A stretch of 64,000 bases of DNA from Euglena gracilis. Lineage: Eukaryota. Positions 24,001 to 35,410 of this stretch are shown here, piece after piece. Each line of letters begins with the position of its first letter. Positions within the stretch are counted from its first letter, which is position 1. The notes under the pieces are model-generated. The model was not told the DNA's origin and searched no databases. It saw only the letters and a list, made by a program, of their open reading frames with translations. Location: NCBI GenBank assembly GCA_039621445.1, contig CP154954.1:33333455-33397454 (forward strand), written 5' to 3'. Made by a program: the position numbers and the translations under genes.

Positions 24001-27000
24001 GAGTTACCGAGTTAGCCATTTTTCGGCCAATTTTGGCCCATTTCAGGGGCCATTTGGGCTGTTTTCGGGGTCAAAAAATCGATGTTTTAAGATATCTCAA
24101 AAATGAAGCAAAATCAAAGGAAATGTCTGGAGACCTAAATTGAAGCCCTTAAAATGCCCTATCTAACAGTATTTTGATTTCCCCGCATCTCCCCGCCTAG
24201 CTCGAGTTACGGTCATTTTTTTTGGCCGATTTTGGCCGTTTTGTACAGTTTTGGCCTGATGTGACTTGGCCGTTTTCGGCCCTTTTTGGTCAAAAAAGTC
24301 GAAAAAAATCGAAATTTTTTTGCCTGAAACAATGTTCTTTGGCCTCCCGGACCCGGAAAAACTGTTTCTGAGCCGAAAATGAGCGTTTTTCGACCCTACA
24401 ACTACCTGTTTTTTTTTCTTTGCACGAAACCCATGCAGTTTGGCCAGGAACGGGTCAAAGAAGTCGAAAAAAATCGAATTTTTTTTTGTTCGAAACGATT
24501 CTTTTTGGCCTCCCAGACCCGGAAAACCTGTTTCTCAGCCAAAAATGAGCGTTTTTCGACCCTGCGCCCCGTTTTGGGCCCGAAACCCATGGAGTTTGGC
24601 TCTAAAATGGGTAAAAAAAAGTCAAAAAATCCTATAAAACGGGTATGGGGTGTATGGGGGGGATTATCATTGTCATTTCAGAAAGTTCCGTAAAATCATT
24701 GAAAGTCACCGTAAATTGAAAGAGTGTAATTTGTAAATTAAAAATTACGCGAACTTTGCAATGCTAGTCTTTTCGGCATTCCATCACATGCATGTCCCAT
24801 TAAGAGCTCAGCACTACTCAAAACCTGGTTTAATGTCAAACCCAGGGTGGGGGTCAGATCTGAGGGCTTCGTCTGCCCTGGGGCGCCTTCTTCGCTTTGT
24901 AATACCATTGATAGGTAATCATCAAACTTGCTAATGATAAACCCTACTGCGGCCAGGATGGAGGGTGGGCACATGAACCCCCCAAACAAAAATCCCCCCA
25001 GTTATTTTTTGGACACTCGAAGTCAGGGTCCCGGGGAGGGGTGATATTTGGAGGTTATTATCAGGGCAACAGTTTTGAAGTCAAGAATCGACCCAAAAGC
25101 GTTTCAATAGGTTCTAATCATCAATATTTTGTCATTTTTTTGCACTCTTTTCGACATATGTTCTGCACCAAACCATCCCTTTTTGTTATTTTTGCAACAT
25201 TCCCGCTCATTCTATTCTCTTTTTTTCTTTGCTTTCATCTGTCGGAGGGGGTGTTATTACTTGAGCAGCTGAAGTCAGTCCTCGGGAGGGGGGGTTCGAA
25301 GGCCGGAAAATGTCATTTTGGGGGAAATTTTTCCTCACGACCAGGCACAACTCGGGTGGGGGGTTAGTACCGCCCGAAGTAACCCCGAGACGAGCTTAAT
25401 GAAATTCAGCCTGGCGGGTGTAGGACCGGGGTGGGCCACTGGCACGAACCAGCTGGGGGAAGGTGCGCCGAAGGAGCTGGCTGCGTTGGGCGCCTCCCCG
25501 TCACTGGAGTGGCTGCCCAGGTGGCCCTGGAGGGGCGGGGAGACACCGCCGCTTTTTCTGCTGAACAATCTGCACCGCCTTGAAGTCACTGCGCCCGCAC
25601 CAAAGACTGTGAAACAACGTCTTTCTGGGTGTGGAGATGGCATTGCAATTGTTTTTGTACAAGGCAACATGGCATGCGGGTAGCAGGGCCCCCCCCCCCC
25701 CCCGGGGGGGCCCCCCTGCTACCCACGACCCTGCACCTGCCATTAGCGCACCTAACCCTACTCCTTCAATTAACCCCGTAATAGCGCAACATGGCCATAT
25801 TGCGCAACATGGCCATGTTGCGCAACATGGCCATGTTGCGCTATTATGGGGTTAATTGAAGGAGTAGGGTTAGGTGCGCTAATGGCCATGTTGCGCTAAT
25901 GGCCATGTTGGCAGGTGCAGGGTCGTGGGTAGCAGGCCCCCCCCCCCCGGGGGGGGGCCCCCCTGCTACCCGCCTGCCGGCAACATATATATTTTTTGAA
26001 CCCTGTTCAATGAGCAACGCAACGGACCAATTTTCAGATCCCAACTCCTTGTGAATCTGGTGCAACCCCCCCCCCCAACAGAAGCTCTGGGCGGCTGCAT
26101 GGTCCAACCCATTTGCACAGGCGCTCCCAGAGGTGCATTCTTTGCTAAAAATGGGCCTTCTTCATGTTCCAAAAGAATATTGAATTAACTTTATTGGAAA
26201 GCCATGGAGGTCGGTAGTAGGCTTTTCTTTTTTTAAGCCAGCAGCCCCCCCCCCCGGGGTGGGTGGGTGGGTCTGGGACCGGACCCCCCCCCTAGGGGGT
26301 CCCAGGCTGGAGGGGGGGGTCCCCAACCCACCCAGCCCAGCGCTGGACCCCGGGGGGGGGGGGACAAAATCGGGCCGTCTGAGGGCATTTCCCAAAAAAT
26401 TTCGGCGCTTTGCGCCGAAACCCAACCCGGTGGGGGTCTCAAGAAGAAGTCTGTTCGGTAGGCCCGGACCATAATGGTCGGTGGAGCACCTGGTCAGGCA
26501 GTCTCCACTTTGCTGGGCTTTCTGAAGAATATCAACAAAAATCTTCCAGGCGGGATCAAAATAGAAGCGCCACCTGAGGTGGCGGATTGCATTGAGCGCT
26601 CCCATACTTCTATTTGGGGGGTTGATGGGGGCTCGTTTTACCGACCTGGTTAAGGTTTTTACAGGCATTTTCAAAAATTTAAGGCATCGATTTTCTAAGG
26701 GAAGTCCCAAGGGCCATCCCAGGATAGAATGGGGGTCAGAATCGAAACAGTTGGAAACCCCATTTTTTCGAGTGTCCGACAGAGAATTTTTCCAGCAATG
26801 CCAGAAATCAGTTTCCCCTGGAATTAGCTTGCTTTTGCCAAGAGTTTGTGACTTCATTTTCAGCTCGAATTTTGCAAATCTTGCTGTGGTGGGTGGGGAG
26901 GGGGACGACCACTCCCTTCACCCCATCCTGGGTGGGGGAGTGGGGGGGGGTCCACCCCACGTCAGGCATTTCGCTGTTTCTGGGCATCCCTCACCTCTCC

Positions 27001-30000
27001 CCTCTTGTCTGTTCGCCGTAAAATTCTGACAAGCTCTGCCATAATATGTCAAGGACCTAATCACCTGTTTTTGCTGCGAATAAATTTCGCCCATTTCCCT
27101 GCAGGTTTTAGGTTTTTGATTGAATGTGCGGGAACAGCTTTTTTTTTAAGCTTTCGTTAAGGAATGCTGGTTCCCTTTCCAGAGGCTTTGAATTTAATAA
27201 GGCTTAAAGGGTGTTTATGAAAAGTGGGCCATCTTTAAGACCTTCTTCCCTGAGTGGGTCTCCGGCAAATGACTTTCGAGTAGCAACTGGTGGGATCCAA
27301 ACGGTGTCCACCGAGCTTTATGGAAGGGGAGGAGCTATTGGACACAACGGTCAGGCATTTGTTGGCAAGACAGCGGGTTTGCTGGCAGGCTGGGACGCCT
27401 TTTTTGTGACAATGGGCGTAGAGTGACACCTGCGAAGGGACGCTTGACCTCTGGACCAACCGCCTCGGCAATGGCGGCACAGTGTGTGGGCCCCGACTGG
27501 GCACTGTTCCGCTGGTCAGTGGGCGGGCAGAGGGGGTGTTGGGGAAAATGCAAACACAGTTTTTGCGGGTGTTATGTGATTCGGTTTCGGTGAAATTTGT
27601 GGGTTTTGCTTTTGAGTGTGTTTTTGCGTATTTTTTTTGTATTTTTTTTGTGCGGTTTCTTTTGGTGGTTTTTCAAATTCGGCTGGGAAGTGATTTCGAC
27701 TTAGTTTTGCGTTTTTGGGCCAGATTTCCCCTTTTTTGTCCACCATGCAAAAATTGCAAACAGTGAAATTGCCAATATAATGCCTTTGGAATTCGTTCTT
27801 CCACCAAGTCCTCTGAAATTGCATTAAATCCATTTTTTTCCTGTTAATTTCTATTTTTTTGTGTTTCGCGTCGCTTTTCTGCGAGTCCATGTTGTGTTCC
27901 CTCCCCTCCCCCTGCTGTGAGGAGGGGTCAGGGTCGGGGTTGGGGGGCAGGCAGTCGGGGGCTGCCGCCGGGGCTGGCGCTGCTGCGTGCTGCCTCGCTG
28001 CTGCGGCAGCTGGCCCTGGACCTCGGCGACAACGACGTCAGCGACTTCGGCGCCACCGCCGTGGCCCAGCTGCGGCACCTGCCAGCGCGGCCGGCGCTCA
28101 CACCCCCTTCCGCGAAGCAGGTCTCTGTCGACCCGTCTTCCCTCTGATAAAAACCTGGCAGTTTTTCTTTGAAAAATAGCCTTTTGAAAACGTTTCACCT
28201 TTGCGCGAGTGGCCCTCTACAGGGGGGGGGAGCTTGCATAATTTTCATTTTTTTTGCATAATCAGGTTTTCCCGAAATTTGCATTTTTTTGCATTTTTTT
28301 GCATTTTTTTGCATAAAATATTTCGCCCTGAAAATTTTTTGTAATTGGTCGCCATATGTTTGCATTTTTTTTTGCATTTTTTGCATTTTTTTGCATGAAA
28401 TATTTTGCCCTGAATTTTTTTTTGTAGTTGGTCGCGATATGTCATGGTTTTCTCTGGTCCCTCTCCAGTTGCCTGGGGTCTGTGGGGTCTCAGTGCTTGC
28501 CATTGTCTTCCAGGAGGTCTTCTTTGTGAAACATTGAAAGGTACACTGGCATTGTCATATGTTTACGGATTTTAGGCAGCAAAACTCTGATACATTCCAG
28601 CCTTTTTCTCAGGGATTTTATGCAAGTTGCATTTTTTTGCTTTTTTTTGCATTTTTTTGCATTTTTTTGCATTTTTTTGACTTGCATATTTTGAAGGGCC
28701 AAGTTGCATCCCCCCCCCCCCTGCTCTCTACCACCAAAAAGCAGAGCAACCCAACCAAAGCACCAAAGGTTCTCCTTTCTTCTTCTTCTTCTTCTTCTTC
28801 TTCTTCTTCTTCTTCTTCCTTTTTCTTTTCCCTTCTGCTTCTTCTTCTTCTTCTTCCTTTTTCTTTTTCTGTTGTCTTCATCCAGAAAGATTTTATCTCA
28901 AAACGCAGCAAAAAGGTTCGAAAATAAAAACAACGTGCATCACAAGACAGAATCAAGAGGGACAAAATAAACCCTTGCATTTTTGTCAAATTATCCGAAA
29001 TAAAAATGGTTCTCCCTTTTTCTTATCCCTCGATATTGCCCTTTCTTACCTCACCTTCTTCCTTCCTTGTCCTCACAAAAATGCAGGCAAGGCAAGGCAA
29101 GGCAAGGCAACCGAACCGTGGGCTTCGCATGCTGGCAACCGACAATTAAACCCCCCCGCAAATGTAAAACCCCCCCGGTTTTATATTCGGGCGGAAATTT
29201 CAAGACCCGCAGGGGGGTTTTATATTTGGGGGGGGTTTATATTCGGTCGGAAAAATCAACTTCCTGGCGGGATCCAGTACCGGTAGTCACTTTTTCGGTC
29301 CAAAATCACAAATACACCCACCCTTGGGGGTCCAAACATTTCACTTTTCGGGCGAAGGAGCAAGCAATTTTCACATGTTTTTGGTAAAAATTGTTCCCAA
29401 ATCTGCCAAAAATCACAATTTCAGGAGAGATTTTGTCGATTTTTTTCCCTTCCGGCGCTTCGCGCCGGAGGGGGGGGGTTATATTTGGGCGGGATTTCAA
29501 GGTCCAAGGGGGGGTTTATATTTGGGGGGGTTTACTGCAGGTGGGTAATTGCTGGGTGATTGCCGCGGTGACATTTACTGCGGGGGTTAACAACGCACTC
29601 CCTGCCCAAAAAGCGCAGAATAACAGTGTGCCCATTTTAAGACGACTGACCGAAAATAGACAAAAGCCGGATCTTGTCGGAATCAGAATGGCGTCTGGCA
29701 TGTGAGTGAAACTATCAGAATGCTTTTCTGATCATCAGATGCACAAATGATACAGATTTCAACCCCCCGTTTTCCAGCATAACTGAGGTCCCAAAGGTTT
29801 TCAATATTGTAACTGGCTGCTGGAGTTAATTACCGCCGAGCAACACAACATGCGCGGTAATTATCCATCCGCGGTATTTGTCGGTCGCCAGTGGGCCTTG
29901 CAAAGCCCCATGTCATTGATTTTTCAACTCAGGCTTCCCCACACACTGGCCGCTGCCATTCCTGGAGACGTTCTCCCTGCGCCTCAGCAACAACCGGCTG

Positions 30001-31786
30001 TCAGACGACGGCGCGCGGGCAGGGCTGAGCAGGACTCCCAGACACCCTGTGGGTGTATGGGTGGTGGGTTAGGCGTGGGGGACCCCTTTCCCCATTTCAT
30101 AGCAAGCATCCTGTGTTGGCTTCTTTGGTGCCAAAGGAACTTTGATTTGCCCGGTGCCATCTGGGCAGGGCGGGGTCGACGACATTCCGGCGGGGTCGAC
30201 AACATTCACGGGGGGACCGACATTCCGGCGGGGGTCTGCGACGTTCTGGTGGGGGTCGGCGACATTCCGGCGGGGGTCGGCCGACATTCTGGCGGGGGGT
30301 GGGCCAACATTCCGGCGGGGGGTCAACAACATTCGGGGGGGGACCGACATTCTGGCGGGGGTCTGCGACGTTCTGGCGGGGGTCGGCGACATTCCGGCGG
30401 GGGTCGGCCGACATTCCTGACCAGCCCTGCGCGTGGGCGCTGGCCACCCTCCGCGATGCCCCCGCCCTGCGGTCGCTGGTCCTTGACCTGTCCTGGAACT
30501 GCGTCCAGGCGGCCGGGGCAGGGGCACTGGCCCTGTTCCACTCGTGCCCCCGCCTGGAGGTGCTGCACCTCCGCCAGGGGGCTGCCATGCAGAGCGCAGC
30601 ACTCCCCTGTGCTCTCGCCCGCCCCTTGGCAAGCGTCCAGAGTGGCGGGCTGGGGATGATGGGGGGTCTCTGTTGCTGCCTTTGGTCTGATCGACGACTG
30701 CGTGTCATTTTGAGTGTCTTTTTAAAAGTGTACTTGAAAAAGGTTGATTTTCAACACCGGAATTGCCCTGCCTGACTGGACTGGCAGCCCCCCCCCCTCC
30801 ACCGGGTTTGGAGAAGCCTACCCTGTTCAGGCAAAGCCCCGTCTGTGAAGCTGCCCAGAAACCCGACAAAAACCCTACTCAAAAGCGGCAATTGGTCGCT
30901 CTGCCGCACCAACGCCCCCCCCCCAAGTGGCAGCGCCATGCGAGTGACCTGGCAGGCAACCCGGTGGGCACCGCCGGGGCGGTGGCCCTCAGCGACCTGT
31001 GGCGGGCGCCGGGGCTGCGGGTGCTGCACCTGGACCTGCTGGGCTGTGGGGTGGGGGATGAGGGGGCGGCCGGCACGGCGGCCGCTGAGACTCATCATAT
31101 ATTTTGGACATTGGGGTCTGTCCAACCACATAACCCCCCCAATAGAAGTGCGGGGCCGCTACAAGTGCAGGGTCAAAATAAAGCGCACCCCCCGCCGCCG
31201 AAGGCGGCGGTCCGCAACAAGCGCACCCCCCCCCCATTTTGATGGGATTTCTAAAGGAAATCAACAAAAATCGTGCACGTAGCACACACCCCCCACCGCC
31301 GGAGGCTGTGGTCCGCTATAAGCGCACCCGTGCTTCTATAAGGGGGGTTACACTATGGAAATAGCGCTGGAAGAGGGTTCCTCCAAGGCCTGTGAGAAGG
31401 GGTGCTTTCGGCGCACACAATGCGACCTCCCCACCGGACACTTGTCACCCCTGGGCAGTTGTCACCCCTCCGGTTGTGCTGCCCACCATTCCCAATGCCA
31501 GAAGCGGGGAATGGAAACTTCAGATGGCCCGGTTTTGGGGGAGGGTCCCACCCCGGGCTGGGGGGGTCGGGGACCCCCCTCCCTCCCCCCTCCCCTCGGC
31601 GTCGTAAAAGAGCCGGACCAGGACGGGCCGGAACGGGGTTGGGAATGGGGTTGGGAGGGGCCCCGGCGGCCGCGGTCCCCCAGCCTGGTGGCCCTGCGGC
31701 GTGCCCCGCAGCTGGCCAGCCTGTCCCTGAACCTCGCCAGCAACCCGGTGGGGGGGTCTGGCCGAGCCGCACTCACCGCCCTCCGC
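15096..31786 (+). CDS. Multi-exon leucine-rich repeat protein (RNI-like, about 28-aa repeats)
   Basis: Inferred exons: 15096-15209, ~17583-17675, 19400-19493, 19620-~19667, ~20821-20888, 20978-21033, 21716-~21855, ~22079-22231, 22681-22752, 25447-25514, ~27439-27476, ~27970-28079, 29954-30016, 30435-30571, 30946-31071, 31682-31786. Joined, they give repeated LxxLxLxLxxNxIGxxGAxALA, e.g. LARLCLDLSHNEIGDIGASALA and LRSLVLDLSWNCVQAAGAGALA. Some small exons are probably missed. Confidence 0.85.
18470..18841. mobile_element. MITE family with CCCCCCAAATATAAA termini
   Basis: Inverted CCCCCAAATATAAA / TTTATATTTGGGGG ends. Related sequences at about 29147-29535 and 35556-35760. Confidence 0.55.
19497..19614. 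mobile_element. 118-bp hAT-like MITE inside LRR coding sequence; corresponds to nonconventional intron 19494-19619
   Basis: Perfect 8-bp TSD GCCTCGAC (19489-96 and 19615-22) and termini CAGGC...GCCTG. Removal restores ARLCLDLSHNEIG. Confidence 0.92.
22913..23202. mobile_element. Foldback element with nested terminal palindromes
   Basis: About 135-bp inverted arms around a very short loop. Each arm has ACTACTGGGC-Cn-Gn-CCCAGTAGT and TAGGGTTAGGTGCGC (one mismatch in the right arm). Confidence 0.85.
23956..24014. repeat. 8-bp tandem repeat (GAGTTACC)n
   Basis: GAGTTACC units seen directly. Confidence 0.85.
24280..24640. repeat. Inverted copy of the 8780-9625 repeat unit
   Basis: GGCCTCCCGGACCCGGAAAA and GCCGAAAATGAGCGTTTTTCGACCC are reverse complements of motifs in that array; about 2 units. 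Confidence 0.8.
25671..25978. mobile_element. Foldback element with nested palindromes
   Basis: Arms GGGTAGCAGG(G)C-Cn-Gn-CCCCCCTGCTACCC and TAGGGTTAGGTGCGC. The centre holds repeated GCGCAACATGGCCATGTTGCGC palindromes. Confidence 0.85.
26218..26453. mobile_element. hAT-like MITE (TAG...CTG termini, 8-bp TSD)
   Basis: Flanks GTCGGTAG / TTCGGTAG (7/8). Termini TAGGCTTTTCTT / AAGAAGAAGTCTG. Confidence 0.75.
28778..28856. repeat. (TTC)n microsatellite
   Basis: Seen directly; interrupted once. Confidence 0.9.
30020..30429. mobile_element. hAT-like element corresponding to nonconventional intron 30017-30434; contains a ~21-bp minisatellite
   Basis: TIR CAGGGCTGAGCAGGA / TCCTGACCAGCCCTG (13/15). 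Flanks CGCGCGGG / CGCGTGGG (7/8). CGACATTCCGGCGGGGGTCGG-like units at about 30170-30415. Confidence 0.85.
31131..31350. mobile_element. Tc1/mariner-like MITE remnant inside an intron
   Basis: Inverted TAACCCCCCCAATAGAAG / CTTCTATAAGGGGGGTTA. Confidence 0.55.
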
Positions 31787-34126
31787 GGCCAGTGTTGGCA
31801 CTATGCCGGTGGAGAGAGAGGGATGTTTTCTGAGCTGTTTGGTGCTGTCATCTGTTTTATTGGACAGGGCCGAATTTTCCTATGGGACCACAGAGTATGC
31901 TGCACCACATCAATCCTCGGAATGCTGCAGGAAAAAAAGGTCAGTTTCCCTTCCGTACTTTCACATGAGGCGGGTGGCTTTATGCGGGAACTGTGAAATA
32001 AGCCCCCCAAAGACCAAGGTCTTTTTTGGGGCCCATTAGTGGAAATCTCTCGGGGGGGGGTCTTTTTGGAAAGAGGCTTCTTCCTGGGCCCCCCAAAAAC
32101 ATCTTTTTCTGTTTCCCAAATACACCAAAATTTTTCCTTTCGTGCTTTGCGCCATCTAAATTGGGATATATTGACTGCAGCTTAACCTTTGACTGCCCCC
32201 CTTCGAGGGCTGTTGAGAGTGATCAGGGGAGAGGTTGATCTCGTGGGACCATGAGGCCACATTGGAATTTTTCAAGTCATGACGTTGTGCCTGCACCATG
32301 CATCCCCCACACAGAAAAGTGGGAAGAGGGCAGGAGGCAAGAGCAGCACTGTGGCGCAAGGGTATAGACCCACCCACGGGAACCACACCAACCACCCAAG
32401 GTGAGTGCATGCCCCTACAGCGCTGGAATTACACCAGAGTTGCTCACGTGGCCAGGGGAGCAACACAGGAGCATTGGTGTAAGGGGTCCCTGCCCACTCA
32501 CCACACAAACTGGGCCAGAAGCAAATTTAGCCCCAGGCCATAAACAGACAAGGAGCAACTTAGGGCAAGTGCAAGTGCAGGGGGGGTTGTATGGAGGGAC
32601 CCGGGTCTGACCTTTCGCGCTTTCGGTCCCGTGGTGCCGCGGAAACACGCAGTTTCCGGGCAACCTTTGGGCAATTCGGGGAGGGTGGGCCCTCAATTTT
32701 GGGAATAGGGTTGGGGTTGGGATTTGGCTAATTTTATGGACCAAGTTAGGCCAGAAGTTAGGTCCCGATTTAGAAAGATTTTCAAACCACTTTTTACCAC
32801 CTCCCCCTTGTCCAACAACTGGGCTTGTCCAACGACCGCCTCCTCCGGTCAGATACGATCTTTTTGGATACAATGTTGGTCCGATAATTGTTGAAGGATT
32901 TGTGTGATTCAAATTCGCTTTTTTGCATTTGCTATTTCAGAGAAGCTTTTCTGGTAATTTCTTGGGATGGCTACCATGAAATGGCTGAAAATGCCCAAAA
33001 GTGGCTTTAAAAAATTAATAGCTCCAAAAAAGGCAACAAACTACCCCAAATGAACCCTCCCCCCGAATAATACCCCCCCCCCCAAATAATACTCCCCCCC
33101 CAAATAATACCCCCCCCCCCTAATTTTGGGCCGACGACCCGGATTTTGACCTGAAAATGAAGGTAAAAACCACAATCTCTGACAACAAATTCTGAAAAAA
33201 AAATCGATTTTTCTGGATCATCTGGCCTCGAAAATTGCTAAATTTCATGAGAACGTTCAAAAAAAATGTCCCCAAAGGGGGGTTTTGGGTGCTGTTTTGG
33301 GTCCTTTGGGTCTTCGAAAATTTTGGGGTGCTATTACCCCCAAATTATACCCCCCCCTCGGGCTGGGAGGCAAAAAAAAACCCAAAAATGGTCAAAAAAG
33401 CCACATACCCCTGCCTGTGGTCAATCTTTCGTCGACCTGGTCCACCCCCCTTGTCTAACGACCCCCCCCCCCGGGTCGGAGACGAATATTGGCTGTTTTA
33501 GCAACCCCCCCTGGTCGTTGGATAAATGGGGAGGGGGAGGAAAAAATGCCTGAATTCGCCCTAAATTCGGCCTAAATTCATCTGGAATGGAGCCTGACTT
33601 CTGCCTAATTTCCTAAAAACGTGTGACCTCCGGGATGAGGATTAGCTCAGAACCTAACCCTGTTCCAACCAAATGACCCAACTTTCCTAGAAAGTTGGAC
33701 CTGGGTCATTCCATACGACCCCCCCTCCCTCATCATTCTTAACGCCCCGCCGGGGGGGGGGGTGAAGAGTGATGCTGCCAAATTGAAATTCCCTGTGTTT
33801 TTTCTCATAACAGAAATGTCAAAAAATCAGAAGTTTCATCATTTTTGAGCCTTGAATCGGGATTTTTTTTTTGGAAGATTCCAGGGAAGTTTTTCACCGT
33901 CCCCGGAGGTTCGGGCTGTCACGGGGGTTGGGGCGGTATTTTATTTTCGGATTTTGCTCAGCCCAGAGAGGTGTTATTTTTGGGGGGTTAGCAGCAAAAG
34001 ACCCGTGAAAAATCCACAATTTGGAGGGTAGCAGGTCCGTGACCAGCTGGTGGTGTGATTCCCAGCGACAGAAACCCATTGTCCCCCCCCCCCCAGGACC
34101 CCTCATGAGACGCCGCCACTGTCTTC

Positions 34127-34212
34127 CTGATGCAAACCCCCCGTTCCGGCTTGGCATCGTGCTGGACGGAGATGTGATCACTGTGCCGAAGGCCTACGCC
34201 TGCGGCACTTGA
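34127..34212 (+). CDS. Possible last exon of the LRR gene
   Basis: CACTG at 34117-21 can pair with CAGTG at 31790-94. A GC-rich coding-like stretch DANPPFRLGIVLDGDVITVPKAYACGT* follows, but its frame is not fixed by the 3+5 rule. Confidence 0.3.
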
Positions 34213-35377
34213 CCCCGGCGCCCACACTGCCCACACTGGCGGCCACACTGGCGGCTTTTGACCGTCCAGTTGCCTGCCAACCCACACTGTCGCGGATGCC
34301 CCGGATGCTTTCCACCGTTCCCTGTCTTGCTACCTCCCCAGTCTCTCCTGTCAATGCTGCCACGGTCTCCCTGCTCCGCTCAACGCCGCTTTGCTGGTGT
34401 TGTTGGTAGAAGAGGAGCTCGCTGCCTACCTCCCGAGGATTTGGGCTTTCCACACCTCCGAAGGGGGTGAGGTCCTGTTATACTGTTTTTTTTCATTGAA
34501 TCTGAAGAGGTCCCACCAACCAATGCTGGTGGCAGTGTTGATTTTGGGCAATGAAGGCTGTCTCCTAGAAATGATTTGTTATTTGACTTGTTTCGTAATA
34601 AGAAAATGAGAATGCCATTGGGGGGGGTTGGATTGTTGCAAGATGCTGAAATTGTTTGTGCTTGGATCCCCTTTCCTGCTGCACCATCAACTGCTGAACT
34701 GCTGCCTCGGCATGTATCTCACCCACATTTTTCCGCTTTGAAACGGGTTTCTTTTGAATCCCACTGATTTGTCCCATTCAGACTTCCATCGCTCTTCGCC
34801 ATCGCTCAAGCATTTGTGCCGACCATTGTGGGAAAAGGTGCATTTTTGTGAAACTCATGGGCAACGTCGAGCAATTGGAAACACGGCAACGATGGACCGG
34901 GAGATGAGGTTGCTTCCAGGGTGAGGGTGAAGTGAAAGAAGTGCTTTTTTCCCTTGTAAATGAGTTGGAACGCAATGCTCTTTCCATGAACAGTTCAGGA
35001 TTGAAGGACGATGGTTTGGAAAAGGGTGGACCGTGAGCTAAGCTGTAAATGGAAGCGGTGGACCGTGAGCTGAGCTGTTAGCCCCCGGTCCTTCAGAGAG
35101 AATGGCACATCTCAGCGTCGTCTTAAGTCGTTTTAGTGCCGTTAAGCATGTCCAAGAAGACAACAGTGTGGAGGATGACAACTGTTGATGAGCGAGATTT
35201 ACCTCCCCCTCCCCTTGTCTGAGCATGGAAAGACGGGGAGGACGGGGGCAGGGGGTGGTGGTGCTTATTTCGCCAAAACATGGATACGGGAAAACAGAAG
35301 CCCTCGTTTTCTTCGTGTGATATCCGGCCATCGGACAGCCGCCCTTCTCCAATGTCAGGCCGGAACTGCAACCTGGA

Positions 35378-35398
35378 CCTTCGTCCCTCCCGCCCCAG
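35378..35398 (+). promoter_or_regulatory. Pyrimidine tract + CAG; candidate trans-splice acceptor of the kinesin gene
   Basis: CCTTCGTCCCTCCCGCCCCAG ends 12 nt before the ATG at 35411. Confidence 0.45.
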
Positions 35399-35410
35399 GC
35401 CACACCCCGC

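Noticed and set aside
30170-30415. CRISPR-like regular repeats
   Set aside because: The units are contiguous and degenerate, with no unique spacers and no cas genes; this is a minisatellite in a eukaryotic intron.
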